Shown here: one piece after another, positions 1 through 12,000 of the stretch
How the letters are laid out: the number at the start of each line of letters is the position of its first letter
How positions within the stretch are numbered: the stretch's first letter is position 1
NCBI GenBank assembly: GCA_964016885.1
Contig: OZ024740.1
Location: 77,314,001 to 77,378,000, forward strand
DNA from: Eledone cirrhosa
Taxonomy: Eukaryota
Length of the DNA stretch: 64,000 nucleotides
Direction of reading: 5' to 3'
Notes under the pieces: model-generated
Database searches by the model: none
Told to the model about the DNA's origin: nothing
Seen by the model: the letters and a program-made list of their open reading frames with translations, nothing else
Position numbers and translations under genes: made by a program

Positions 1-3000
1 CGATGGTATTGGAGTTGGCGTTGATGTTGGTGGTGGGGCTGGAGTGCTGTTGATGTTGATGTTGGTGTTGTTAGCGATGGTATTTGAATTGGTGTTGGTG
101 GTGGGGCTGGTGTGCTGTTGATGTTGATGTTGGTGTTGTTAGCCCTGGTATTGGAGTTGGCGTTGGTGTTGGGGCTGGAGTGCTGTTGATGTTGATGTTG
201 GTGTTGTTAGCGATGGTATTGGAGTTGGTGTGGTGTTGGTGTTGGGGCTGGAGTGCTGTTGATGTTGATGTTGGTGTTGTTAGCGATGGTATTGGAGGTG
301 GCGTTGGTGTTTGTGGTGGGGCTGGAGTGCTGTTGATGTTGATGTTGGTGTTGTTAGCGATGGTATTGGAGTTGGTGTGGTGTTGGTGGTGGGGCGGGAG
401 TGTTTTTGATGTTGATGTTGGTGTTGTTAGCGATGTTATTGAAGGTGGCGTTGGTGTTGGTGGTGGGGCTGGAGTGCTGTTGATGTTGATGTTGGTGTTG
501 TTAGCGATGGTATTGGAGTTGGTGTTGGTGTTGGAGTTGGTGTTGGGGCAGGAGTGCTGTTGATGTTGATGTTGGTGTTGTTAGCGATGGTATTGCAGTT
601 GGTGTTGGTGTTGGTGGTGGGGCTGGAGTGCTGTTGATGTTGATGTTGGTGTTGTTGGCGATTGTAATGGAATTGGCGTTGGTGTTGGTGGTGGGGCTGG
701 AGTGCTGTTGATGTTGATGTTGGTGTTGTTAGCGATTGTATTGGAGTTGGTGTTGGTGTTGGTGGTGGGGCTGGAGTGCTGTTGATGTTGATGTTGGTGT
801 TGTTAGCGATGTTATTGGAGGTAGCGTAGGTGTTGGTGGTGGGGCTGGAGTGCTGTTGATGTTGATGTATGTGTTGTTAGCGATGTTATTGGAGGTAGCG
901 TTGGTGTTGATGGTGGGGCTGGAGTGCTGTTGATGTTGATGTTGGTGTTGTTAGCGATGGTATTGGAGTTGGCGTTGGTGTTGGTGGTGGGGCTGGAGTG
1001 CTGTTGATGTTGATGTTGGTGTTGTTAGCGATTGTATTGGAGTTGTCGTTCGTGTTGGGGGTGGAACTGGAGTGCTGTTGATGTTGATGTTGGTGTTGTT
1101 AGCGATGGTGTTGGAGTTGGCGTTGGTGTTGGTGGTGGGGCTGGTGTGCTGTTGATGTTGATGTTGGTGTTGTTAGCCCTGGTATTGGAGTTGGCGTTGG
1201 TGTTGGGGCTGGAGTGCTGTTGATGTTGATGTTGGTGTTGTTAGCGATGGTATTGGAGTTGGTGTGGTGTTGGTGGTGGGGCGGGAGTGTGTTTGATGTT
1301 GATGTTGGTGTTGTTAACGATGTTATTGGATTTGGCGTTGGTGTTGGTGGTGGGGCTGGAGTGCTGTTGATGTTGGTGTTGGTGTTGTTAGCGATGGTAT
1401 TGGAGTTGGCGTTGGTGTTGGAGTTGGTGGTGTGGCTAGAGTGCTGTTGATGTTGTTGTTGGTGTTGTTAGCGATGGTATTGGAGTTGGCGTTGGTGTTG
1501 GTGTTGGTGGTGTGGCTGGAGTGCTGTTGATATTGATGTTGGTGTTGTTAGCAATGGTATTGGAGTTGGTGTTCGTGGTGGTGGTGGGGCTGGAGTGCTG
1601 TTGATGTTGATGTTGGTGTCGTTAGCGATGGTTTGGGTGTTGGCGTTGATGTTGGTGGTGGGGCTGGAATGCTGTTTATGTTGATGTTAGTGTTGTTAGC
1701 GATGGTATTGGAGTGGGCGATGGTGTTGGTGTTGGTGGTGTGGCTGGAGTGCTGTTGATGTTGATGTTGGTGTTGTTAGCGATGGTATTGGAGTTGGCGT
1801 TGTTGTTGGTGTTAGTGGTGAGTTGGAGTGCTGTTGATGTTGATGTTGGTGTTGTTAGCGATGGTATTGGTGTTGGTGGTGGGGCTGGAGTGTTGTTGAT
1901 ATTGATGTTGGTGTTGTTAGCGATGGTATTGGAGTTGGTGTTGGTGTTGGTGGTGGGGCTGGAGTGCTGTTGATGTTGATGTTGGTGTTGTTAGCGATGG
2001 TATTTGAATTGGTGTTGGTGGTGGGGCTGGTGTGCTGTTGATGTTGATGTTGGTGTTGTTAGCCCTGGTATTGGAGTTGGCGTTGGTGTTGGGGCTGGAG
2101 TGCTGTTGATGTTGATGTTGGTGTTGTTAGCGATGGTATTGGAGTTGGTGTGGTGTTGGTGTTGGGGCTGGAGTGCTGTTGATGTTGATGTTGGTGTTGT
2201 TAGCGATGGTATTGGAGGTGGCGTTGGTGTTTGTGGTGGGGCTGGAGTGCTGTTGATGTTGATGTTGGTGTTGTTAGCGATGGTATTGGAGTTGGTGTGG
2301 TGTTGGTGGTGGGGCGGGAGTGTTTTTGATGTTGATGTTGGTGTTGTTAGCGATGTTATTGAAGGTGGCGTTGGTGTTGGTGGTGGGGCTGGAGTGCTGT
2401 TGATGTTGATGTTGGTGTTGTTAGCGATGGTATTGGAGTTGGTGTTGGTGTTGGAGTTGGTGTTGGGGCAGGAGTGCTGTTGATGTTGATGTTGGTGTTG
2501 TTAGCGATGGTATTGCAGTTGGTGTTGGTGTTGGTGGTGGGGCTGGAGTGCTGTTGATGTTGATGTTGGTGTTGTTGGCGATTGTATTGGAGTTGGTGTT
2601 GGTGTTGGTGGTGGGGCTGGAGTGCTGTTGATGTTGATGTTGGTGTTGTTAGCGATTGTATTGGAGTTGGTGTTGGTGTTGGTGGTGGGGCTGGAGTGCT
2701 GTTGATGTTGATGTTGGTGTTGTTAGCGATGTTATTGGAGGTAGCGTAGGTGTTGGTGGTGGGGCTGGAGTGCTGTTGATGTTGATGTATGTGTTGTTAG
2801 CGATGTTATTGGAGGTAGCGTTGGTGTTGGTGGTGGGGCTGGAGTGCTGTTGATGTTGATGTTGGTGTTGTTAGCGATGGTATTGGAGTTGGCGTTGGTG
2901 TTGGTGGTGGGGCTGGAGTGCTGTTGATGTTGATGTTGGTGTTGTTAGCGATTGTATTGGAGTTGTCGTTCGTGTTGGGGGTGGAACTGGAGTGCTGTTG

Positions 3001-6000
3001 ATGTTGATGTTGGTGTTGTTAGCGATGGTGTTGGAGTTGGCGTTGGTGTTGGTGGTGGGGCTGGTGTGCTGTTGATGTTGATGTTGGTGTTGTTAGCCCT
3101 GGTATTGGAGTTGGCGTTGGTGTTGGGGCTGGAGTGCTGTTGATGTTGATGTTGGTGTTGTTAGCGATGGTAATGGAGTTGGTGTGGTGTTGGTGGTGGG
3201 GCGGGAGTGTGTTTGATGTTGATGTTGGTGTTGTTAGCGATGTTATTGGATTTGGCGTTGGTGTTGGTGGTGGGGCTGGAGTGCTGTTGATGTTGGTGTT
3301 GGTGTTGTTAGCGATGGTATTGGAGTTGGCGTTGGTGTTGGAGTTGGTGGTGTGGCTAGAGTGCTGTTGATGTTGATGTTGGTGTTGTTAGCGATGGTAT
3401 TGGAGTTGGCGTTGGTGTTGGTGTTGGTGGTGTGGCTGGAGTGCTGTTGATATTGATGTTGGTGTTGTTAGCAATGGTATTGGAGTTGGTGTTCGTGGTG
3501 GTGGTGGGGCTGGAGTGCTGTTGATGTTGATGTTGGTGTCGTTAGCGATGGTTTGGGTGTTGGCGTTGATGTTGGTGGTGGGGCTGGAATGCTGTTTATG
3601 TTGATGTTAGTGTTGTTAGCGATGGTATTGGAGTGGGCGATGGTGTTGGTGTTGGTGGTGTGGCTGGAGTGCTGTTGATGTTGATGTTGGTGTTGTTAGC
3701 GATGGTATTGGAGTTGGCGTTGTTGTTGGTGTTAGTGGTGAGTTGGAGTGCTGTTGATGTTGATGTTGGTGTTGTTAGCGATGGTATTGGTGTTGGTGGT
3801 GGGGCTGGAGTGTTGTTGATATTGATGTTGGTGTTGTTAGCGATGGTATTGGAGTTGGTGTTGGTGTTGGTGGTGGGGCTGGAGTGCTGTTGATGTTGAT
3901 GTTGGTGTTGTTAGCGATGGTATTGGAGTTGGTGTTGGTGTTGGTGGTGGCGTTGGAGTGCTGTTGATGTTGATGTTGGTGTTGTTAGCGATGGTATTGG
4001 ATTTGGTGTTGGTGTTGGTGGTGCGGCTGGAGTGTTGTTGATGTTGATGTTGGTGTTGTTAGCGATGGTATTGGAGTTGGTGTTGGTGGTGGTGCTGGAG
4101 TGTTGTTGATGTTGATTTTGGTGTTGTTAGTGATGTTATTGGAGGTGGCGTTGGTGTTGCTGGTGGGGCTGGAATGCTGTTGATGTTGATGTTGGTGTTG
4201 TTAGGGATGGTATAGGAGTTGCTGTTGGTGTTGGTGGTGGGGTTGGAGTGCTGTTCACGTTAATGTTGGTGTTGTTAGCGATGGTATTGGAGTTGGTGTC
4301 GGTGTTGGTGTTGGTGGTGGGGCTGGAGTGCTGTTGCTGTTGATGTTGGTGTTGTTAGCGATGGTATTGGAGTTGGCGATGGTGTTGGTATTGGTGGTGG
4401 GGCTGGAGTGCTGTTGATGTTGATGTTGGTGTTGTTAGGGATGGTATTGGAGTTGGCGTTGGTGTTGGTGTTGGGGCTGGAGTGCTGTTGATGTTGATGT
4501 TGGTGTTGTTAGCGATGGTATTGGCGTTGGTGTTGGTGGTGGGGCTGGAGTGCTGTTGATGTTGATGTTGGTGTTGTTAGCGATGGTATTGGAGTTGGTG
4601 TTGGTGGTGGGGCTGGACTGCTGTTGATGTTGATGTTGGTGTTGTTAGCGATGGTATTGGAGTTGGTGTTGGTGGTGGGGCTGGAGTGCTGTTGATGTTG
4701 ATGTTGGTGTTGTTAGCGATGGTATTGGAGTTGGTGTTGGTGTTGGTGGTGGGGCTGGAGTGCTGTTGATGTTGATGTTGGTGTTGTTAGCGATGGTATT
4801 GGAGTTGGTGTTGGTGTTGGTGGTGGGACTGGAGCGCTGTTGATGTTGATGTTGGTGTTGTTAGCGATGGTATTGGAGTTGGTGTCGGTGTTGGTGGTGG
4901 GGCTGGAGTGCAGTTGATGTTGATGTAGGTGTTGTTAGCGATGGTATTGGAGTTGGCGTCGGTGTTGGTGGTGGGGCTGGAGTGTTGTTGATGTTGATGT
5001 TGGTGTTGTTAGCGATGGTATTGGAGTTGGTGTTGGTGGTGGAGCTGGAGTGTTGTTCATGTTGATGTTGGTGTTGTTAGCGATGTTATTGGAGGTGGCT
5101 TTGGTGTTGGTGCTGGGGCTGGAGTGCTGTTGATGTTGATGTTCGTATTGTTAGCGATGGTATTGGATTTGGTGTTGGTGTTGGTGGTGGGGCTGGAGTG
5201 CTGTTGATGTTGATGTTGGTGTTGTTAGCGATGGTATTGGAGTTGTCGTTGGTGTTGGTGGTGGTGGTGGGGCTGGAGTGCTGTTGATGTTGATGTTGGT
5301 GTTGTTAGCGATGGTATTGGAGTTGGTGTTGGTGGTGGAGGTGGGGTTGGAGTGATGTTGATGTTGATGTTGGTGTTGTTAGCGATGGTATTGGATTTGG
5401 TGTTGGTGTTGGTGGTGGTGGTGGAGTGTTGTTGATGTTGATTTTGGTGTTGTTAGTGATGTTATTGGAGGTGGCGTTGGTGTTGCTGGTGGGGCTGGAA
5501 TGCTGTTGATGTTGATGTTGGTGTTGTTAGCGATGGTATTGGAGGTGGCGTTGGTGTTGGTGGTGGGGCTGGAGTGCTGTTGATGTTGATTTTGGTGTTG
5601 TTAGCGATGGTATTGGAGTTGGTGTTGGTGCTGGTGGTGGCGCTGGAGTGCTGTTGATGTTGATGTTGGTGTTGTTAGCGATGGTATTGGAGTTGGTGTT
5701 GGTGTTGGTGGTGGGGCTGGAGTGCTGTTGATGTTGATGTTGGTGTTGTTAGCGATGGTATTGGAGTTGGTGTTGGTGCTGGTGGTGGCGCTGGAGTGCT
5801 GTTGATGTTGATGTTGGTGTTGTTAGCGATGTTTTTGGAGTTGGCGTTGGTGTTGGTGTTGGGGCTGGAGTGGTGTTGATGTTGATGTTGGTGTTGTTAG
5901 CGATGGTATTGGAGTTGGTGTTGGTGGTGGGGCTGGAGTGCTCTAGATGTTGATGTTGGTGTTCTTAGCGATGGTATGGGTGTTGGTGTTGGTGTTGGTG

Positions 6001-9000
6001 GTGGGGCTGGAGACTGTTTATGTTGATGTCTGTGTTTTTAGCGATGTCATTGGAGGTGGCGTTGGCGTTGGTGTTGGTGTTGGGGCTGGAGTGCTGTTCA
6101 CGTTGTTGTTGGTGTTGTTAGCGATGGTATTGGAGTTGATGTCGGTGTTGCTGGTGGGGCTGGAGTGCAGTTGACGTTGATGTTGGTGTTGTTAGCGATG
6201 GTATTGGAGTTGGTGTCGGTGTTGGTGGTGGTGGTGGGGTTGGAGTGCTGTTGATGTTGATGTTGGTGTTGTTAGCGATGTTATTGGAGGTGGCGTTGGT
6301 GGTGGTGGTGGGGCTGGAGTGCTGTTGATGTTGATGTTGGTGTTGTTAGCGATGGTATTGGAGTTGGTGTTGGAGTTGTGGGTGGGGCTGGAGTGCTGTT
6401 GATGTTGATGTTGGTGTTGTTAGCGATGGTATTGGAGTTGGCGTTGGTTTAGGTGGTGGGGCTGGAGTGCTGTTGATGTTGATGTTGGTGTTGTTAGCGA
6501 TGGTATTGGAGCTGGCGTTGGTTTTGGTGGTGGGGCTGGAGTGCTGTTGATGTTGATGTTGGTGTTGTTAGCGATGGTATTGGAGCTGGCGTTGGTGTTG
6601 GTGGTGGGGCTGGAGTGCTGTTGATGTTGATGTTGGTGTTGTTAGCGATGGTATTGGAGCTGGCGTTGGTTTTGGTGGTGGGGCTGGAGTGCTGTTGATG
6701 TTGATGTTGGTGTTGTTAGCGATGGTATTGGAGCTGGCGTTGGTGTTGGTGGTGGGGCTGGAGTGCTGTTGATGTTGATGTTGGTGTTGTTAGCGATGGT
6801 ATTGGAGTTGGTGTTGGTGGTGGGGCTGGAGTGCTGTTGCTGTTGATGTTAGTGTTGTTAGCGATGGTATGGGAGTTGGTGTTGGTGGAGGGCTGGAGTG
6901 CTGTTGATGTTGATGTTGATGTTGTTAGCAATGGTATTGGAGTTGGGGTTGGTGTTGGTGGTGGGGCTGGAATGCTGTTTATGTTGATGTTGGTGTTGTT
7001 AGCGATGGTATGGGAGTTGGTGTTGGTTTTGGTGTTGGGGCTGGAGTGCTGTTGATGTTGGTGTTGTTAGCGATGGTATTGGAGTTGGCATTGGTGTTGG
7101 TGGTGGGGCTGGAGTGCTGTTGATGTTGATGTTGGTGTTGTTAGCGATGGTATTGGAGTTGGTGTTGGTGGTGGGGCTGGAGTGCTGTTGATGTTGATGT
7201 TGGTGTTGTTAGCGATGGTATTGGCGTTGGTGTTGGTGGTGGGGCTGGAGTGCTGTTGATGTTGATGTTGGTGTTGTTAGCGATGGTATTGGAGTTGGGG
7301 TTGGTGTTGGTGGTGGAGCTGGAGTGCTGTTGATGTTGATGTTGGTGTTGTTAGCGATGGTATGGGAGTTGGTGTTGGTTTTGGTGTTGGGGCTGGAGTG
7401 CTGTTGATGTTGGTGTTGTTAGCGATGGTATTGGAGTTGGCATTGGTGTTGGTGGTGGGGCTGGAGTGCCGTTGATGTTGATGTTGGTGTTGTTAGCGAT
7501 GGTATTGGAGTTGGTGTTGGTGGTGGGGCTGGAGTGCTGTTGATGTTGATGTTGGTGTTGTTAGCAATGGTATTGAAGTTGGGGTTGGTGTTGGTGGTGG
7601 AGCTGGAGTGCTGTTGATGTTGATGTTGGTGTTGTTAGCGATGGTATGGGAGTTGGTGTTGGTTTTGGTGTTGGGGCTGGAGTGCTGTTGATGTTGGTGT
7701 TGTTAGCGATGGTATTGGAGTTGGTGTTGGTGGTGGGGCTGGAGTGCTGTTGATGTTGATGTTGGTGTTGTTAGCGATGGTATTGGAGTTGGTGTTGGTG
7801 GTGGGGCTGGACTGCTGTTGATGTTGATGTTGGTGTTGTTAGCGATGGTATTGGAGTTGGTGTTGGTGGTGGGGCTGGAGTGCTGTTGATGTTGATGTTG
7901 GTGTTGTTAGCGATGGTATTGGAGTTGTGTTGGAGTTGTGGGTGGGGCTGGAGTGCTGTTGATGTTGATGTTGGTGTTGTTAGCGATGGTATTGGAGCTG
8001 GCGTTGGTTTTGGTGGTGGGGCTGGAGTGCTGTTGATGTTGATGTTGGTGTTGTTAGGGATGGTATTGGAGTTGGCGTTGGTGTTGGTGTTGGGGCTGGA
8101 GTGGTGTTGATGTTGATGTTGGTGTTGTTAGCGATGGTATTGGATTTGGCGTTGGTGTTGGTGTTGGTGGTGGGGCTGGAGTGCTGTTGATGTTGATGTT
8201 GGTGTTGTTAGCGATGTTTTTGGAGTTGGCGTTGGTGTTGGTGTTGGGGCTGGAGTGGTGTTGATGTTGATGTTGGTGTTGTTAGCGATGGTATTGGATT
8301 TGGCGTTGGTGTTGGTGTTGGTGTTGGGGCTGGAGTGGTGTTGATGTTGATGTTGGTGTTGTTAGCGATGTTTTTGGAGTTGGCGTTGGTGTTGGTGTTG
8401 GGGCTGGAGTGGTGTTGATGTTGATGTTGGTGTTGTTAGCGATGGTATTGGAGTTGGTGTTGGTGTTGGTGTTGGTGTTCGGGCTGGGGATGCTGTTGAT
8501 GTTGATGTTGGTGTTGTTAGGGATGGTATTGGATTTGGCGTTGGTGTTGGTGTTGGTGTTCGGGCTGGGGCTGGAGTACTGTTGATGTTGATGTTGGTGT
8601 TGTTAGCGATGGTATTGGAGTTGGCGTTGGTGATGGTGGTGGGGCTGGAGTGCTGTTGATGTTGATGCTGGTGTTGTTAGCGATGGTATTGGAGCTGGCG
8701 TTGGTTTTGGTGGTGGGGCTGGAGTGCTGTTGATGTTGATGTTGGTGTTGTTAGCGATGGTATTGGAGCTGGCGTTGGTTTTGGTGGTGGGGCTGGAGTG
8801 CTGTTGATGTTGATGTTGGTGTAGTTACCGATGGTATTGGAGTTGGTGTTGGTGTTGGTGGTGGGGCTGGAGTGCTGTTGATGTTGATGTTGGTGTTGTT
8901 AGCGATGGTATTGGAGCTGGCGTTGGTGTTGGTGGTAGGGCTGGAGTTCTGTTGATGTTGATGTTGGTGTTGTTAGCGATGGTATTGGAGCTGGCGTTGG

Positions 9001-12000
9001 TTTTGGTGGTGGGGCTGGAGTGCTGTTGATGTTGATGTTGGTGTTGTTAGCGATGGTATTGGAGCTGGCGTTGGTGTTGGTGGTGGGGCTGGAGTGCTGT
9101 TGATGTTGATGTTGGTGTTGTTAGCGATGGTATTGGAGCTGGCGTTGGTTTTGGTGGTGGGGCTGGAGTGCTGTTGATGTTGATGTTGGTGTTGTTAGCG
9201 ATGGTATTGGAGCTGGCGTTGGTGTTGGTGGTGGGGCTGGAGTGCTGTTGATGTTGATGTTGGTGTTGTTAGCGATGGTATTGGAGTTGTCGTTGGTGTT
9301 AGGGTTTATGGTGGGGCTGGAGAGCTGTTGCTGTTGATGTTGGTGTTGTTAGCGATGGTATGGGAGTTGGTGTTGGTTTTGGTGTTGGCGCTGGAGTGCT
9401 GTTGATGTTGGTGTTGTTAGCGATGGTATTGGAGTTGGCATTGGTGTTGGTGGTGGAGCTGGAGTGCTGTTGATGTTGATGTTGGTGTTGTTAGCGATGG
9501 TATGGGAGTTGGTATTGGTTTTGGTGTTGGGGCTGGAGTGCTGTTGATGTTGGTGTTGTTAGCGATGGTATTGGAGTTGGCATTGGTGTTGGTGGTGGGG
9601 CTGGAGTGCTGTTGATGTTGATGTTGGTGTTGTTAGCGATGGTATTGGAGTTGGTGTTGGTGGTGGGACTGGAGTGCTGTTGATGTTGATGTTGGTGTTG
9701 TTAGCGATGGTATTGGCGTTGGTGTTGGTGGTGGGGCTGGAGTGCTGTTGATGTTGATGTTGGTGTTGTTAGCGATGGTATTGGAGTTGGTGTTGGTGGT
9801 GGGGCTGGACTGCTGTTGATGTTGATGTTGGTGTTGTTAGCGATGGTATTGGAGTTGGTGTTGGTGGTGGGGCTGGAGTGCTGTTGATGTTGATGTTGGT
9901 GTTGTTAGCGATGGTATTGGAGTTGGTGTTGGTGTTGGTGGTGGGGCTGGAGTGCTGTTGATGTTGATGTTGGTGTTGTTAGCGATGGTATTGGAGTTGG
10001 TGTTGGTGTTGGTGGTGGGACTGGAGCGCTGTTGATGTTGATGTTGGTGTTGTTAGCGATGGTATTGGAGTTGGTGTCGGTGTTGGTGGTGGGGCTGGAG
10101 TGCAGTTGATGTTGATGTAGGTGTTGTTAGCGATGGTATTGGAGTTGGCGTCGGTGTTAGTGGTGGGGCTGGAGTGTTGTTGATGTTGATGTTGGTGTTG
10201 TTAGCGATGGTATTGGAGTTGGTGTTGGTGGTGGAGCTGGAGTGTTGTTCATGTTGATGTTGGTGTTGTTAGCGATGTTATTGGAGGTGGCTTTGGTGTT
10301 GGTGCTGGGGCTGGAGTGCTGTTGATGTTGATGTTCGTATTGTTAGCGATGGTATTGGATTTGGTGTTGGTGTTGGTGGTGGGGCTGGAGTGCTGTTGAT
10401 GTTGATGTTGGTGTTGTTAGCGATGGTATTGGAGTTGTCGTTGGTGTTGGTGTTGGTGGTGGGGCTGGAGTGCTGTTGATGTTGATGTTGGTGTTGTTAG
10501 CGATGGTATTGGAGTTGGTGTTGGTGGTGGAGGTGGGGTTGCAGTGATGTTGATGTTGATGTTGGTGTTGTTAGCGATGGTATTGGATTTGGTGTTGGTG
10601 TTGGTGGTGGTGGTGGAGTGTTGTTGATGTTGATTTTGGTGTTGTTAGTGATGTTATTGGAGGTGGCGTTGGTGTTGCTGGTGGGGCTGGAATGCTGTTG
10701 ATGTTGATGTTGGTGTTGTTAGCGATGGTATTGGAGGTGGCGTTGGTGTTGGTGGTGGGGCTGGAGTGCTGTTGATGTTGATTTTGGTGTTGTTAGCGAT
10801 GGTATTGGAGTTGGTGTTGGTGCTGGTGGTGGCGCTGGAGTGCTGTTGATGTTGATGTTGGTGTTGTTAGCGATGGTATTGGAGTTGGTGTTGGTGTTGG
10901 TGGTGGGGCTGGAGTGCTGTTGATGTTGATGTTGGTGTTGTTAGCGATGGTATTGGAGTTGGTGTTGGTGCTGGTGGTGGCGCTGGAGTGCTGTTGATGT
11001 TGATGTTGGTGTTGTTAGCGATGTTTTTGGAGTTGGCGTTGGTGTTGGTGTTGGGGCTGGAGTGGTGTTGATGTTGATGTTGGGGCTGGAGTGGTGTTGA
11101 TGTTGATGTTGGTGTTGTTAGCGATGGTATATGAGTTGGTGTTGGTGGTGGGGCTGGAGTGCTCTAGATGTTGATGTTGGTGTTCTTAGCGATGGTATGG
11201 GTGTTGGTGTTGGTGTTGGTGGTGGGGCTGGAGACTGTTTATGTTGATGTTTGTGTTTTTAGCGATGTCATTGGAGGTGGCGTTGGCGTTGGTGTTGGTG
11301 TTGGGGCTGGAGTGCTGTTCACCTTGTTGTTGGTGTTGTTAGCGATGGTATTGGAGTTGGTGTCGGTGTTGCTGGTGGGGCTGGAGTGCAGTTGACGTTG
11401 ATGTTGGTGTTGTTAGCGATGGTATTGGAGTTGGTGTCGGTGTTGGTGGTGGTGGTGGGGTTGGAGTGCTGTTGATGTTGATGTTGGTGTTGTTAGCGAT
11501 GGTATTGGAGTTGGCGTTGGTTTAGGTGGTGGGGCTGGAGTGCTGTTGATGTTGATGTTGGTGTTGTTAGCGATGGTATTGGAGCTGGCGTTGGTTTTGG
11601 TGGTGGGGCTGGAGTGCTGTTGATGTTGATGTTGGTGTTGTTAGCGATGGTATTGGAGCTGGCGTTGGTGTTGGTGGTGGGGCTGGAGTGCTGTTGATGT
11701 TGATGTTGGTGTTGTTAGCGATGGTATTGGAGCTGGCGTTGGTTTTGGTGGCGGGGCTGGAGTGCTGTTGATGTTGATGTTGGTGTTGTTAGCGATGGTA
11801 TTGGAGCTGGCGTTGGTGTTGGTGGTGGGGCTGGAGTGCTGTTGATGTTGATGTTGGTGTTGTTAGCGATGGTATTGGAGTTGGTGTTGGTGGTGGGGCT
11901 GGAGTGCTGTTGCTGTTGATGTTAGTGTTGTTAGCGATGGTATGGGAGTTGGTGTTGGTGGAAGGCTGGAGTGCTGTTGATGTTGTTAGCAATGGTATTG

